NCBI GenBank assembly: GCA_030600605.1 | Contig: JAUVLT010000002.1 | Span: 259-64,258 of the forward strand | Direction of reading: 5' to 3' | DNA: 64,000 bases | Source of the DNA: Mycoplasmatota bacterium | GTDB lineage: Bacteria; Bacillota_I; Bacilli_A; Izemoplasmatales; Izemoplasmataceae | Shown: piece after piece, positions 1 to 9,943 of the stretch | Numbering within the stretch: position 1 is the stretch's first letter | Layout: each line of letters begins with the position of its first letter | Translations under genes and position numbers: made by a program | The notes under the pieces: generated by a model | Database searches by the model: none | Seen by the model: the letters and a program-made list of their open reading frames with translations, nothing else | Told to the model about the DNA's origin: nothing

Positions 1-123
1 ATCTAAATAAAATCTTGAAAATATTAAAAAACAAACAACACTAATTACCATTAATATTGTAAAAAAATACATTGCTTTCCAAGAAAACAAATAATAAAAA
101 TGTAGTTTAAACATACTAATCAT
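1..123 (-). CDS. Membrane protein, N-terminal fragment (probable permease partner of the adjacent ABC ATPase); continues beyond window start
   Basis: Minus-strand ATG at 121-123 overlaps the TGA stop of the ATPase gene (ATGA). 41 codons (MISMFKLHFYYLFSWKAMYFFTILMVISVVCFLIFSRFYLD) stay open to position 1 and are strongly hydrophobic. Absent from the ORF track because it is truncated. Confidence 0.45.
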   Translation of the reverse strand, partial: MISMFKLHFYYLFSWKAMYFFTILMVISVVCFLIFSRFYLD

Positions 124-686
124 AGATAAAATACCTCATCACATATTTCTTTGAAATCATTATCTAAGTGCGTACTTATAACAAACATTTTCTTCGAGGC
201 TTTAATATACTCAATTAGGGATTTAACTCCGAGTTTATCTAATCCACTAATTGGTTCATCAAGCAAGTAGATATCTGCGTCTTCCATCAAACATTGAATA
301 ACGTTCACTTTAGCTTTCATTCCCTTAGATAAGCTATGTAAACTTTCATTTAGTTTATCCAGTATCCGAAAATTGACCAGTAGATTTGTCATCTCATTTT
401 CACTTAATAAATTCATACTTATCTTATTTAATTGTGTTAAAAAAGTATTTAGATCTAAATCTAAAGGATAACTAACAAACTCACTCATAAAACTTATTTT
501 ACAATCATTTAGTATTTGTCCCTCATGGTTTATTAATTTCGCCATTCCTTTGAGTAAAGTCGATTTACCACTACCATTTTTTCCGACTAACAAGTTAACT
601 CTTTTAGTAAATGTAATATCCTTGATACTAACTAAGTAATTATGATATTGTTTTTTAAAATCCTTGATTTCAATTATCGTATTCAT
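120..686 (-). CDS. ABC transporter ATP-binding protein (short, about 188 aa)
   Basis: Walker A GKNGSGKST, signature-like LSKGMKAKV, Walker B IYLLDEP. The ORF-track start at 707 is a TTG; the first ATG (684-686, MNTIIEIKDF) puts Walker A at a typical distance. The start is uncertain between 686 and 707. Confidence 0.85.
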   Translation of the reverse strand: MNTIIEIKDFKKQYHNYLVSIKDITFTKRVNLLVGKNGSGKSTLLKGMAKLINHEGQILNDCKISFMSEFVSYPLDLDLNTFLTQLNKISMNLLSENEMTNLLVNFRILDKLNESLHSLSKGMKAKVNVIQCLMEDADIYLLDEPISGLDKLGVKSLIEYIKASKKMFVISTHLDNDFKEICDEVFYL

Positions 687-1611
687 AGAAGTAATACCTA
701 CTTTCAAGTTCTTCTTTGTAATTAGTTGTATTTATATACGGGAAATCATCTATTATATATACTTTTTCTTCATTATTAACAACATAATGCACTTCAACGT
801 AAAATCGATAGAGATAACCAATATCTCCGGTATAACTAAAGGGAACATAAATCATTATCTCATTATTTTTTCTAAGCAATATATTATTTGGTAAATAATC
901 GCTATGATTATTATAGTTATAGTTTTCTATATTTAATATTTCTTCTGGATTTTCATCAATTTGTGGTAATGAATATATTTCTGATAAATAGTAATTATTA
1001 GCAACAACATTACTAGTTCCAAGTTCGACTTTACTAATAGTAATATTATAATCAGTAAGATTTCCTAAGTTGAGTAATAATCCACTAGCAGTATCAATAT
1101 CATTAATTAAAGTATGAGTTGATAGTAAATTGTTTAAACTGAAATCAGTATTAATTTCATCGTAAAAATAGTAGTTAAACTCACCTACAAAAAGATTTAT
1201 TTCAAAAGCATTTTTATAGGTAATATCTAAATGCGCTTCAGTCATACTAATAAGATAATCATCACTCTGAAAACCTAGTTTAAGCTCTAAAGTCATATAG
1301 TAATAAACATCATCGTTGTAAATATACTGTTCTTGACTTTTCTTAATTTCACTTAATACTAACGGAATAATTTCATCATTATTAGAAGATAGACTAATAC
1401 TAGAAATATAATCTTGGTTAAAATAATAACTGTCTAAATTACTAACTAACAAAGTGATATTAAACTTTTCATTATCACTGCTTTTTACAATAGAATATAT
1501 TTTAGGAGATACAATTATTTTTGTTTTGGGATTATCTTCTATAAATAATAAAATTGATAACGATATTAATAAAAATGATAGGACTCCGCCAATTATTTTA
1601 AGTCTCATCAA
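670..1611 (-). CDS. Hypothetical N-terminally membrane-anchored extracytoplasmic protein (313 aa)
   Basis: Long ORF with an N-terminal hydrophobic helix (IIGGVLSFLLISLSILLFI) followed by an Asn/Tyr/Ser-rich region. It overlaps both neighbours (1598-1611 and 670-707). No family recognised. Confidence 0.7.
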   Translation of the reverse strand: MMRLKIIGGVLSFLLISLSILLFIEDNPKTKIIVSPKIYSIVKSSDNEKFNITLLVSNLDSYYFNQDYISSISLSSNNDEIIPLVLSEIKKSQEQYIYNDDVYYYMTLELKLGFQSDDYLISMTEAHLDITYKNAFEINLFVGEFNYYFYDEINTDFSLNNLLSTHTLINDIDTASGLLLNLGNLTDYNITISKVELGTSNVVANNYYLSEIYSLPQIDENPEEILNIENYNYNNHSDYLPNNILLRKNNEIMIYVPFSYTGDIGYLYRFYVEVHYVVNNEEKVYIIDDFPYINTTNYKEELESRYYFYEYDN

Positions 1612-2236
1612 TTTTCACCTTTGTTAAGCTATAATATTCAGTTGTTATTACAAATATTTCCCAGCCACCTTTTTTTACATTTTTAAAAAAACGGAAATAT
1701 TTAGCTACTCCGTTACTTACTTTTCCTTCTCCTTGAATTGTAACGACTAATTTTGTCATTGGATCAACGTATACTTTGATTTCAAATTCTTCTTCAACAG
1801 TTGTTGTTTTTGTAGCTGTCATCGAAAATTTTAGTTGTTCTTCTAGCCCTAACTTGAATCCATAAGCTTTTCCTGAGATATCCATTCCAATTGTACCAGT
1901 AGCACTATATTGTTTCTTTATTTGTTCCTTGGATTGAAAACTAAAAGTCTCAATTATGGCTGATTCTCCTTGATTTTCAATAACGTAAAGCGTTTCTTTT
2001 GTAAAATATGTTTTTTCATTTTCGTAGGCAACATACGTTCTCCATCCCCAAAATCTTCTCTTTTTGATCTTTTTATAATACTTATCATAATCACTATTAC
2101 TATACTTTTCTAACATCTTTACTCCTGAATGTTCTGAAGTAATTTCTTGATAAGTAAGATAATCATTTGCTTTAATGTTTTGGTAATAAAAACTACTTAA
2201 AAAAATCAATAAACTTAATACAATTATTTTTTTCAT
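1598..2236 (-). CDS. Hypothetical secreted protein (212 aa)
   Basis: Signal-peptide-like N-terminus MKKIIVLSLLIFLSSFYYQNIKA. Has a Ser/Thr-rich alternating segment (SATGTIGMDISGKAYGFKLGLEEQLKFSMTATKTTTVEEE). First gene of the overlapping 4-gene cluster. Confidence 0.7.
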   Translation of the reverse strand: MKKIIVLSLLIFLSSFYYQNIKANDYLTYQEITSEHSGVKMLEKYSNSDYDKYYKKIKKRRFWGWRTYVAYENEKTYFTKETLYVIENQGESAIIETFSFQSKEQIKKQYSATGTIGMDISGKAYGFKLGLEEQLKFSMTATKTTTVEEEFEIKVYVDPMTKLVVTIQGEGKVSNGVAKYFRFFKNVKKGGWEIFVITTEYYSLTKVKIDET

Positions 2237-2287
2237 TAAAAAACACCTCCATTACTATATTAGTAATAAAGGCGGCTTTTTTCTTTA

Positions 2288-3106
2288 CTATTCAAAATCT
2301 TTTAAGTGTTTTTTAATCTTTTCCATTGTGTCTATATAGCCTAAATCAAATCTTCTCTGAATATATTTATTATTAAAATCCAGTACCCCTCTTAAACTTC
2401 TTCTTGGATGAACAGTAATCAATTTTACACCAGTAACAACTTTTTTCTTAATGAATGTTGCTTTGAATAAATCAATAATTATTATTACTTCGCAGCCAGC
2501 ATCAATTAAAGGTTGATAAGGTGTATTATCTAAAATACCACCATCATAAAACGTTTCATTCCCAATTCTAATTGGTCGAAAAGCTACTGGTATAGCACAC
2601 GACGCTAACATAACCTTTCTAATATCCTCATGTTTCATGTCTCTTAATAAATGATAATTAATTTGATTATCTGATTTAAAATAATGTTTATAATTAGTTC
2701 TTAACAAATCAAAGAAAGTACTTTTTTCTCCTCCTAAATAAGTAGTAGCTACATAAATTTCTTTATCTTTAATGTTATTATAATCAATGGTATTATCCAT
2801 TAACTTTTCTAATCTTTTAGTATTATATACTCCACGGTTTAAAAAGTTTAATTTTTCTCTAAAAATCCTTTTATAGATTTGTTTTTCAATATTAAACAGA
2901 CTATCTTTGTCTAATTTAAGCCAAATTTCTTTTGCTAAATCATAATCACCCATGGCAAACAACACAGCATTTAAACTACCTACACTGGCTCCTGAATAAA
3001 CACTTATATTATTAGTAATCCCTAATTCAGTCAGCGCTTTCCAAGCACCTATTTGGTATGCACCTCGTGCTCCACCACCAGCTAAGGCAAGCCCTATCTT
3101 TTTCAA
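2288..3106 (-). CDS. Patatin-like phospholipase
   Basis: Oxyanion motif GGGARGAY, nucleophile elbow GASVGS and a catalytic Asp in YDGG. The ORF-track start (GTG at 3115) abuts the GGGGG Shine-Dalgarno with zero spacing. The TTG at 3104-3106 (MKKIGLALAGGG) has an 8-nt spacing, so I prefer it. Confidence 0.85.
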   Translation of the reverse strand: MKKIGLALAGGGARGAYQIGAWKALTELGITNNISVYSGASVGSLNAVLFAMGDYDLAKEIWLKLDKDSLFNIEKQIYKRIFREKLNFLNRGVYNTKRLEKLMDNTIDYNNIKDKEIYVATTYLGGEKSTFFDLLRTNYKHYFKSDNQINYHLLRDMKHEDIRKVMLASCAIPVAFRPIRIGNETFYDGGILDNTPYQPLIDAGCEVIIIIDLFKATFIKKKVVTGVKLITVHPRRSLRGVLDFNNKYIQRRFDLGYIDTMEKIKKHLKDFE

Positions 3107-3118
3107 ATTTGCCACCCC

Positions 3119-3547
3119 CTATAAAATAACTATTTCTTTTATGACATCTCCTTGCGAAATATTAAAGACATCGTCCATTCCTTTCTCAACCTTCCCAAAT
3201 ACGGTATGAACTCCATCTAAATGAGGAAGTGGATTAAAACAAATAAAGAATTGTGATCCACCAGTATTTTTACCAGCGTGAGCCATTGATAAAGATCCTA
3301 TTTCATGTTTATTTGGATTGTTATCAGTTTCACATTTAATTTTATATCCTGGTCCACCAGTTCCATTTCCTAAAGGACACCCACCTTGAGCTACAAAACC
3401 AGTTATTACGCGATGAAAAGTAAGTCCATTATAAAACCCCTTTTCAATTAAACTCTTAAAATTTGCAACTGTAATTGGAGCATCTTTTTCAAATAGTTCA
3501 ATAATTACTTCTTTATTACCTTTTTCTAATATCATTTTTGCTTTCAT
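3119..3547 (-). CDS. ppiB: Peptidyl-prolyl cis-trans isomerase, cyclophilin type
   Basis: Cyclophilin motifs [18 protein letters not shown] and [16 protein letters not shown]. Confidence 0.9.
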   Translation of the reverse strand: MKAKMILEKGNKEVIIELFEKDAPITVANFKSLIEKGFYNGLTFHRVITGFVAQGGCPLGNGTGGPGYKIKCETDNNPNKHEIGSLSMAHAGKNTGGSQFFICFNPLPHLDGVHTVFGKVEKGMDDVFNISQGDVIKEIVIL

Positions 3548-3555
3548 AATTCCTC

Positions 3556-4689
3556 CTAGTATTTTCTTTTTTTATTATCTTTATATACTTCTTTTATGAA
3601 TCCACCACCAAGACAACGATCATCTTGGTAAATTACTGCTGCTTGACCAGGTGTAACTGCTCTAACATCTTCTAAAAATGTAATGAGTAATTCATCACCA
3701 ATATGTTTAATCAAAACCTTTGTATCTGGTTGTCTATAACTAAACTTAGCAGTATAAATATATTTGTTATCAAACTTATCATGATTAATCAAATTGACAT
3801 CATCAATCAAACAAGAATCACTGTACAATACAGGATGATGAAATCCTTGACCAACATACAATTCGTTCTTTGATAAATCTTTACCAATTACAAACCAAGG
3901 CTCATTACCATATACATTACTGCCACCAATTCCAAGACCTTTTCTTTGTCCAATTGTATAATACATAAGACCATTATGTTCGGCAATTTTAGTACCATCT
4001 TCAGTTAGTATTTTTCCCTTTTTACTTGGTAAATAGTTACTTAAGAATTTATCAAAATCACGTTCACCTATAAAACAGATACCTGTTGAATCTCTTTTAT
4101 CTTTAGTAGACAAATCATATTTGTAAGCAATATTTCTAACCTCTTTTTTAGTCAAATGCCCAATCGGAAATAATGTTTTAGAAAGTTGATATTCGGTCAA
4201 TTGACTAAGGAAATATGTTTGATCTTTATTATCATCAATTCCACGAAGTAAGGTCGGTTTTTTATCAATAATTTCAACTCTTGCGTAATGCCCCATTGCA
4301 ATATAGTCAGCATTAAATTTTTTCGCATATTCTAAAAAAGCATCAAATTTTATATATTTATTACATAAAATATCAGGATTTGGTGTTCTACCTTTTTTAT
4401 ACTCATCTAAAAAATAAGTGAATACATTTTCCCAGTATTCCTCAATAAAGTCAACTCTAAATATAGGCATTCCTATCTTCTTGGCAACATTTACTGCGTC
4501 TTGATAGTCAATCTCTTGAGGGCATATCTCATCATTAAGATCAGGATTGCCTAATAAATCATTATTAGTAGTACTATCCCAGTTTCTCATAAATAGTCCA
4601 ATAACATTATAACCTTGTTCTTTTAACAATACCGCTGCAACACTACTATCTACTCCACCACTAAGTCCTATTACCACTGTTTTTGACAT
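3556..4689 (-). CDS. mnmA: tRNA 2-thiouridine(34) synthase MnmA
   Basis: PP-loop SGGVDSS plus a MnmA-like body (NPDILCN, DQTYFL, GQAAVIY). The ATG at 4687-4689 lies 5 nt after AGGAGG; the upstream GTG at 4695 is less likely. Confidence 0.93.
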   Translation of the reverse strand: MSKTVVIGLSGGVDSSVAAVLLKEQGYNVIGLFMRNWDSTTNNDLLGNPDLNDEICPQEIDYQDAVNVAKKIGMPIFRVDFIEEYWENVFTYFLDEYKKGRTPNPDILCNKYIKFDAFLEYAKKFNADYIAMGHYARVEIIDKKPTLLRGIDDNKDQTYFLSQLTEYQLSKTLFPIGHLTKKEVRNIAYKYDLSTKDKRDSTGICFIGERDFDKFLSNYLPSKKGKILTEDGTKIAEHNGLMYYTIGQRKGLGIGGSNVYGNEPWFVIGKDLSKNELYVGQGFHHPVLYSDSCLIDDVNLINHDKFDNKYIYTAKFSYRQPDTKVLIKHIGDELLITFLEDVRAVTPGQAAVIYQDDRCLGGGFIKEVYKDNKKRKY

Positions 4690-4779
4690 ATACACCTCCT
4701 AGTTTTGACATATATAATTTTATTTTCTTGAAATATTTTTTCACTTTTTTTAATAAAATCTTTAATACTTTTAAGTATG

Positions 4780-6642
4780 TTAATAATCAATATCACTTGG
4801 CAATCTGAGATCTCCTCTTGGAGAAATACTGATATCGATAATTTTTGGTGAATCTGGTAAAGCTTGTCTTTTAAATTGTTGAGAATAAAATCTCTTAAAA
4901 AAGTTTCTTGTATACTTTTCACTTTCTGTTTTATTCAATTTAAAAACAATTTCTAATAGCCACATAATTCGTTGTTCAGAATCTCCATGACGAAATACTC
5001 GATGGATTATATAATCATTGACCAGATACTTCCCGATAGCGTCTTCTGTCTTTTGATTTGAAGTTAATTCCGGAGTAATTGGAGTATCTAAAATACTTAA
5101 TAAAGTTTCTCTAACATCCTTTTTAAATCTATTAATTGCGTAGTTATAAATCATAAATTTTACTAGTGTTTTAGGAATTCCAGCGTTAATCCCATACATA
5201 CTCATTTGATCGCCACTATATGTACACCATCCAAGTACAAGTTCACTTAAATCTCCAGTTCCAAGTACAATTCCTTTATACTTATTTGCTAAATTCATTA
5301 AAATTGCTGTTCTGATTCTAGCTTGGGTATTTTCGTATGTAATATCTTCTGTAACTCCATCATGCCCTATTAAATCAAAATGAGCTTTAACATGACTATT
5401 AATATCTATCTCTAAAACAGCAACTCCTAAATTATTCATTAAATCAAGTGCATTTTTCTTTGTTATTTCAGAAGTGTGAAGTCCTGGCATCGTTACTGCG
5501 ATTATTTTCTTTCGATCTATCTTTAAATTATCAAAACTTCTAATTGCGATTAACAATGCTAAAGTAGAGTCAAGTCCACCACTCACTCCAATAACTAAAC
5601 TATCAGCACGCACATGTTTAATTCTTTTAATCAATGCATTTTCTTGTAAAGCTGCTATTTTTTCAAAATCAGCTAACACATTTTCTTTAGGAACAAATGG
5701 CGTGCTATCAAACTTTTTTGAGAAGCTGTATTCCTGTGTTTCTTTTATTTCAAATATTACTTCTTGATAATTGTGTTCAAAACGATTTAATGTATCTCGA
5801 TAAGAAGAATTGTTTCTTCTCTTAAAATCAATTTGCTGTAAATCAATATCTCCATAAAGTATTTCTGACTCTTGATTAAAGTTTTCAGTTTCAACAATCA
5901 ACAAGCCGTTTTGGGCAATTATGTTATGCCCACTAAAAACTGTTTCACTTGTTGATTCATTAACTCCAGCACTACTATAAATATAAGCCCCTTCGTTTCT
6001 TCTAGAGTGCTCTAGAATTGTTCTCTTTCTAATTTCTCTTTTACCAAGAACCTCGTTTGATGCCGATAAATTGATAATAATCTTCGCTCCGTTAATCGCT
6101 AAGATATTACCAGGACTAATTGGAGCCCACATATCCTCACAAATTTCAATTCCGAAACTAATTTGTCCATCTATACTTTTAAAGATTAAATTACCAAATG
6201 GAATTGTATTACCTAAATAGTTAACGCTTGATTTTTGTTTAACAATCTCAAATCCACTTTGAAACCATCTCTTCTCATAAAATTCACAAGTATTAGGTAA
6301 GTAAAACTTAGGAATTATTCCTAATATTTTATTTTCTTTAATTACAAAAGCAGAGTTATATAATACCCCATCAACTTCTAAAGGAGCTCCAATAACTACT
6401 ATTCCTTTATACTTGTTATTTTTTAGTAAATACTTTATTGCTTTTGTAGTTTCTCCAAGCAAACTCTCTTTAAAAAAGAGATCATTACAAGTATAAGCAC
6501 TAACACCAAGTTCTGGAAAAACAGTAATGCTCGCTTGAACCTCATCAAGTATTTTAAGCATTTCGTTAACGTTATATGTTGGATTACCAACTTTCAGTTT
6601 TGGTGTTACACTTGCTATTTTAACAAATCCTTTACTATACAT
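4780..6642 (-). CDS. nadE: Glutamine-dependent NAD+ synthetase (N-terminal CN-hydrolase domain plus NAD synthetase domain)
   Basis: Nitrilase-type catalytic Cys context EICEDMW and synthetase PP-loop GVSGGLDST. The ATG at 6640-6642 follows GAGGTGA. It overlaps the nadD stop by 8 nt. Confidence 0.9.
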   Translation of the reverse strand: MYSKGFVKIASVTPKLKVGNPTYNVNEMLKILDEVQASITVFPELGVSAYTCNDLFFKESLLGETTKAIKYLLKNNKYKGIVVIGAPLEVDGVLYNSAFVIKENKILGIIPKFYLPNTCEFYEKRWFQSGFEIVKQKSSVNYLGNTIPFGNLIFKSIDGQISFGIEICEDMWAPISPGNILAINGAKIIINLSASNEVLGKREIRKRTILEHSRRNEGAYIYSSAGVNESTSETVFSGHNIIAQNGLLIVETENFNQESEILYGDIDLQQIDFKRRNNSSYRDTLNRFEHNYQEVIFEIKETQEYSFSKKFDSTPFVPKENVLADFEKIAALQENALIKRIKHVRADSLVIGVSGGLDSTLALLIAIRSFDNLKIDRKKIIAVTMPGLHTSEITKKNALDLMNNLGVAVLEIDINSHVKAHFDLIGHDGVTEDITYENTQARIRTAILMNLANKYKGIVLGTGDLSELVLGWCTYSGDQMSMYGINAGIPKTLVKFMIYNYAINRFKKDVRETLLSILDTPITPELTSNQKTEDAIGKYLVNDYIIHRVFRHGDSEQRIMWLLEIVFKLNKTESEKYTRNFFKRFYSQQFKRQALPDSPKIIDISISPRGDLRLPSDIDY

Positions 6643-7219
6643 TCTTTTCACCTCTATACAGGTTATTATCAATAATGTATTGATATACCTCTTTATTTAC
6701 TTGTGTTCTATCAAATTCTTCTCTAAATAAGGTACTACTTATATTAACATCAAAATCATCAAATATAATAAATTTATGGAAATATTTTTTCAAGATAGGA
6801 TTACCTTTAATACTTCCTTTTATATCAATACCTAATCTTCCAAGTACGATGATATTAAACTCTGATAAAATACCTTCAATATTAATCCATTTATGCATAT
6901 TAAATAAATTATCAGCTCCAATAACAAAACCTATTTCACATTGATCACTATCAGATAATCTAATTAATGATTGATATGTCCCTAAGAAATCAGTATCGTC
7001 TATCTCTAGTTTACTAATCTTTATATTACTTAAATTCTTAACAGCAATATTTAACATATTGACACGATGATAATTACTAGCTAGTTCACTTTTAGTATAT
7101 GCGCTACTGACTGGTAAAAAGATAAACTCATCAACACTTAGTCTAGAAGTTACATATTCATAAACTAATATATGAGCATTTGTTACGGGATTAAAAGCTC
7201 CCCCAAAAACAATTTTCAT
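6635..7219 (-). CDS. nadD: Nicotinate-nucleotide adenylyltransferase
   Basis: GGAFNPVTNAH (the (H/T)xGH nucleotidyltransferase motif) and a C-terminal ISST motif. The ATG at 7217-7219 is preceded by GGAGGTGA. Confidence 0.9.
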   Translation of the reverse strand: MKIVFGGAFNPVTNAHILVYEYVTSRLSVDEFIFLPVSSAYTKSELASNYHRVNMLNIAVKNLSNIKISKLEIDDTDFLGTYQSLIRLSDSDQCEIGFVIGADNLFNMHKWINIEGILSEFNIIVLGRLGIDIKGSIKGNPILKKYFHKFIIFDDFDVNISSTLFREEFDRTQVNKEVYQYIIDNNLYRGEKNV

Positions 7220-7271
7220 AATTATCACCTCCAAAATTATTATATCATATATTTATTTTATTACATATTTT

Positions 7272-7280
7272 TGTTATAAT
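7272..7280 (+). promoter_or_regulatory. Extended -10 promoter element TGTTATAAT upstream of the M42 peptidase gene
   Basis: TGnTATAAT match 17 nt upstream of the ATG at 7297; RBS GAGGTGA at 7286-7292. Confidence 0.4.
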
Positions 7281-7296
7281 ATATTGAGGTGATTTT

Positions 7297-8319
7297 ATGA
7301 ATTTAGATAGAGATTATATTTTAAACTTAGCAAAAGAGATATTACTTATTCCTAGTCCCAGTGGATTTACGAAAGAAATTGCAAAAAGAATTGAAACTGA
7401 GGCTGATAAATTTAATCTTGAGTACATCAGAACAAAAAAAGGAAACACTATAATTACTTACAACGGAACAACAGATTACACAGTTGGTTTAAGTGTTCAT
7501 GTTGATACTTTAGGTGCAATGGTTAGAAGTGTTTCTGCTACTGGAGAAATAAAATTCACAACTATTGGTGGCCCTATATGGCCAACATTAGATGGTGAAT
7601 ATTGTACTATTATTACAAGAGATAATAAATCTTATACCGGGACTTTCCTTTCTACAAGTCCAGCAGCACACGTTTTTAAAGATGCAAAAACAAAGGTTAG
7701 AGATCCAAAAAATATGTACGTTAGAATTGATGAAATTGTAAAAACAAAAGAAGATGTCTTAAAATTAGGAATTGAAGTTGGTAATTTTATTATTATCGAT
7801 CCTAAAACAACAATAACTAAAAGTGGTTTTGTTAAATCTAGATTTTTAGATGATAAAATAAATGTGGCAAGTATTTTTGGACTAATTAAATACTTAAAAG
7901 ATAATAATATTACTCCAAAATATACCATAAAGTTTATTATTTCAACATATGAAGAAGTCGGACATGGTGCTTCTTTTATCCCCGAACTTGATGAAATGAT
8001 TGCTGTTGATATGGGATGTATTGGCGATGATTTGACATGCACAGAATATGATGTATCAATCTGCCCTAAGGACTCATCTGGTCCTTACGATTACGAATTA
8101 ACTAATAAGTTAGTAAAAATTGCTAAGGATAAGAAAATCAATCATGCAATTGATATATATCCTTATTATAGTAGTGATGTTTCCGCAGCTATTAGAGGTG
8201 GAAACGACTTTAAAGGAGCTTTACTAGGCCCAGGAGTTCACGCTTCTCACGGTATGGAGAGAACACACGTAAAAGGGATTGAAAACACAATAGAGTTATT
8301 ACTTAATTATATAATCTAA
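7297..8319 (+). CDS. M42 family metallopeptidase (glutamyl aminopeptidase / FrvX-like)
   Basis: Length and motifs typical of M42: SVHVDTLG, FLDDK, YEEVGHGAS, GPGVHASHGMERTH. Confidence 0.85.
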   Translation: MNLDRDYILNLAKEILLIPSPSGFTKEIAKRIETEADKFNLEYIRTKKGNTIITYNGTTDYTVGLSVHVDTLGAMVRSVSATGEIKFTTIGGPIWPTLDGEYCTIITRDNKSYTGTFLSTSPAAHVFKDAKTKVRDPKNMYVRIDEIVKTKEDVLKLGIEVGNFIIIDPKTTITKSGFVKSRFLDDKINVASIFGLIKYLKDNNITPKYTIKFIISTYEEVGHGASFIPELDEMIAVDMGCIGDDLTCTEYDVSICPKDSSGPYDYELTNKLVKIAKDKKINHAIDIYPYYSSDVSAAIRGGNDFKGALLGPGVHASHGMERTHVKGIENTIELLLNYII

Positions 8320-8362
8320 CAAAAATATTATATTTTCGTTTTCTCATTCAATAAAATATTAT

Positions 8363-8390
8363 TTGATTTCATTTTTTTCTATGCTATAAT
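8363..8390 (+). promoter_or_regulatory. Candidate sigma-70 promoter (TTGATT, 16-nt spacer, TGCTATAAT)
   Basis: -35-like TTGATT at 8363-8368 and extended -10 TGCTATAAT at 8382-8390, 26 nt before the ATG at 8416 (RBS GGAGGT). Confidence 0.4.
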
Positions 8391-8415
8391 TTAATGAAAT
8401 ATCGGAGGTCACAAT

Positions 8416-9525
8416 ATGAAAATAGTATACCCAAATTACAAAAATTCAATTATGAATGTCTCAAATTCAATCTTAAAACATTATAGAGTAAAGAACAAAT
8501 ACGCTTCTATAAAAGCATTGGATAAAGAACTTAGTAAAGGTTATAATCATGTAATCTATATATTGTTAGATGGAATGGGAAGTAATCTTATTAAAAACCT
8601 ATTAAACAAAGATGATGCTTTAAATAAATATATGATAAGTGAAATCACAAGCGTTTTTCCACCAACAACAGTCGCAGCTACTGACGCAGTTCTTTCAGCT
8701 GTTCCACCTATTGTTAATGGTCATTTAGGATGGGTTCAGTATTTTGAGAATGAAGATGTAAATCTTGTTGTTTTTCAAAATCGGGATTTTTATGATGAAA
8801 AACGTATTATCGTCGAAGATTTAAGAAGTAAATATTTATCTTTCGAAAGAATAGGTGAAAAAATTCACAAACAAAATCCCAATATTATTACTAACGAGTT
8901 ATTCCCTTCTTTTGTTAAAAATGGATCTGAAAGTTTCAAAGATGAAATTGAGAAAGTCTTATTAATCACTCACAACACTGACGAAAGTTTTAATTACTTG
9001 TATTGGATTGAACCAGATTTAATCGAACATAAAACAGGAATCTATAGTAAAGAAACAAAAAAAGTTGTAACCGATTTAAATAGTGACTTCGAAGAACTTA
9101 TAAACAATATTAGTGATGATACAATTGTCATCTGTATTGCTGATCATGGTCTTACAGATATTAAAGAAATTCCTTTATTTGACAACAAAGAATTAATTAA
9201 AATGCTAGTGAGATTTCCTTCAATGGAGCCAAGAGCTATTAATTTCTTTGTTAAAGAAGGAAAATTGAAAGAATTCAAAGATTTATTTAATAGTAGTTAT
9301 GGAAAATATTACAAACTTTATTCTAAACAAGAAATTCTAGATTCTAAAATCTATGGAGAAGGAGAGAAACATAAAATGATTGACTCTTTTTTAGGAGATT
9401 ATATGGGACTCGCAATTGATAAATATATGTTCACATTAAACAATGGAAATGGCTATATTGCTCATCATGCAGGAATGTCTGAAGATGAAATGATGGTACC
9501 ACTTGTAATTTATTCAAAAAAATAA
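8416..9525 (+). CDS. Alkaline phosphatase superfamily protein (type I phosphodiesterase / nucleotide pyrophosphatase-like)
   Basis: Metal/nucleophile motifs LLDGMGSN, FPPTTVAATD and ADHGLTD, characteristic of the AP superfamily. Exact substrate unknown. Confidence 0.75.
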   Translation: MKIVYPNYKNSIMNVSNSILKHYRVKNKYASIKALDKELSKGYNHVIYILLDGMGSNLIKNLLNKDDALNKYMISEITSVFPPTTVAATDAVLSAVPPIVNGHLGWVQYFENEDVNLVVFQNRDFYDEKRIIVEDLRSKYLSFERIGEKIHKQNPNIITNELFPSFVKNGSESFKDEIEKVLLITHNTDESFNYLYWIEPDLIEHKTGIYSKETKKVVTDLNSDFEELINNISDDTIVICIADHGLTDIKEIPLFDNKELIKMLVRFPSMEPRAINFFVKEGKLKEFKDLFNSSYGKYYKLYSKQEILDSKIYGEGEKHKMIDSFLGDYMGLAIDKYMFTLNNGNGYIAHHAGMSEDEMMVPLVIYSKK

Positions 9526-9547
9526 GGTCTGCAAATTTTTGCAGACC
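9526..9547. terminator. Bidirectional rho-independent terminator
   Basis: GGTCTGCAAA/TTTGCAGACC hairpin flanked by an A-run upstream and a T-run downstream, between convergent genes. Confidence 0.7.
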
Positions 9548-9559
9548 TTTTTATTAATA

Positions 9560-9943
9560 TTAAATCATAAAATCAATTAATATATATGTCTTATTAAAAA
9601 CACTTTTAATCCCAGTTACTTCTACTTCAACAAAGGAAACAACAAAATCAACTTCCGATCCATCGACAGTTAAATAAACAATAAGTGTATCACCACTAGT
9701 AACTGTACTAGTAACAACTACAGTATGATCTTTTAATAATTCAGTCATCGCTGCACAATGTCCTTGCGTTTCTTCATTGAAATGGTCTAAACAAACATCA
9801 GAACTATTCAAATTATCGACATATCCATTTACCAAATCATTTTTATCAACGTAACCACCCGGCATTACCATCAACATATACACAGCATATAATACTCCAA
9901 TAATACCAACAAAGATTAAAACTCTCTTACCAAATTTTTTCAT
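9560..9943 (-). CDS. Hypothetical N-terminally anchored small protein (127 aa)
   Basis: ORF with one N-terminal TM helix (VLIFVGIIGVLYAVYMLMV). Its start abuts the stop of the upstream gene. Confidence 0.6.
   Translation of the reverse strand: MKKFGKRVLIFVGIIGVLYAVYMLMVMPGGYVDKNDLVNGYVDNLNSSDVCLDHFNEETQGHCAAMTELLKDHTVVVTSTVTSGDTLIVYLTVDGSEVDFVVSFVEVEVTGIKSVFNKTYILIDFMI

Noticed and set aside
664-894. Other short ORF-track entries (664-894, 10106-10336, 13697-13897, 16062-16292, 20988-21248, 23769-23975, 29096-29302, 29396-29584, 60504-60707)
   Set aside because: All lie antisense to, or overlap, better-supported genes. 29396-29584 mostly overlaps the esterase 3' end and its terminator. None has a convincing RBS or recognisable motifs.
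2288-3106. Patatin-like phospholipase as an effector of a CBASS or other defence system
   Set aside because: No cyclase, sensor or other defence-type partner is adjacent. The neighbours are ppiB, mnmA and the orphan ABC cluster. I treat it as a stand-alone lipase.
4671-4922. 83-aa minus-strand ORF spanning the mnmA/nadE junction
   Set aside because: It is out of frame with, and overlaps, the 3' end of nadE and the 5' end of mnmA. Both real genes have better RBS-supported boundaries.
7632-8042. 136-aa minus-strand ORF inside the M42 peptidase gene
   Set aside because: It lies entirely antisense to a well-supported CDS. Its composition is low-complexity (Ser/Ile/Phe-rich), typical of antisense frames in AT-rich DNA. 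It has no RBS.
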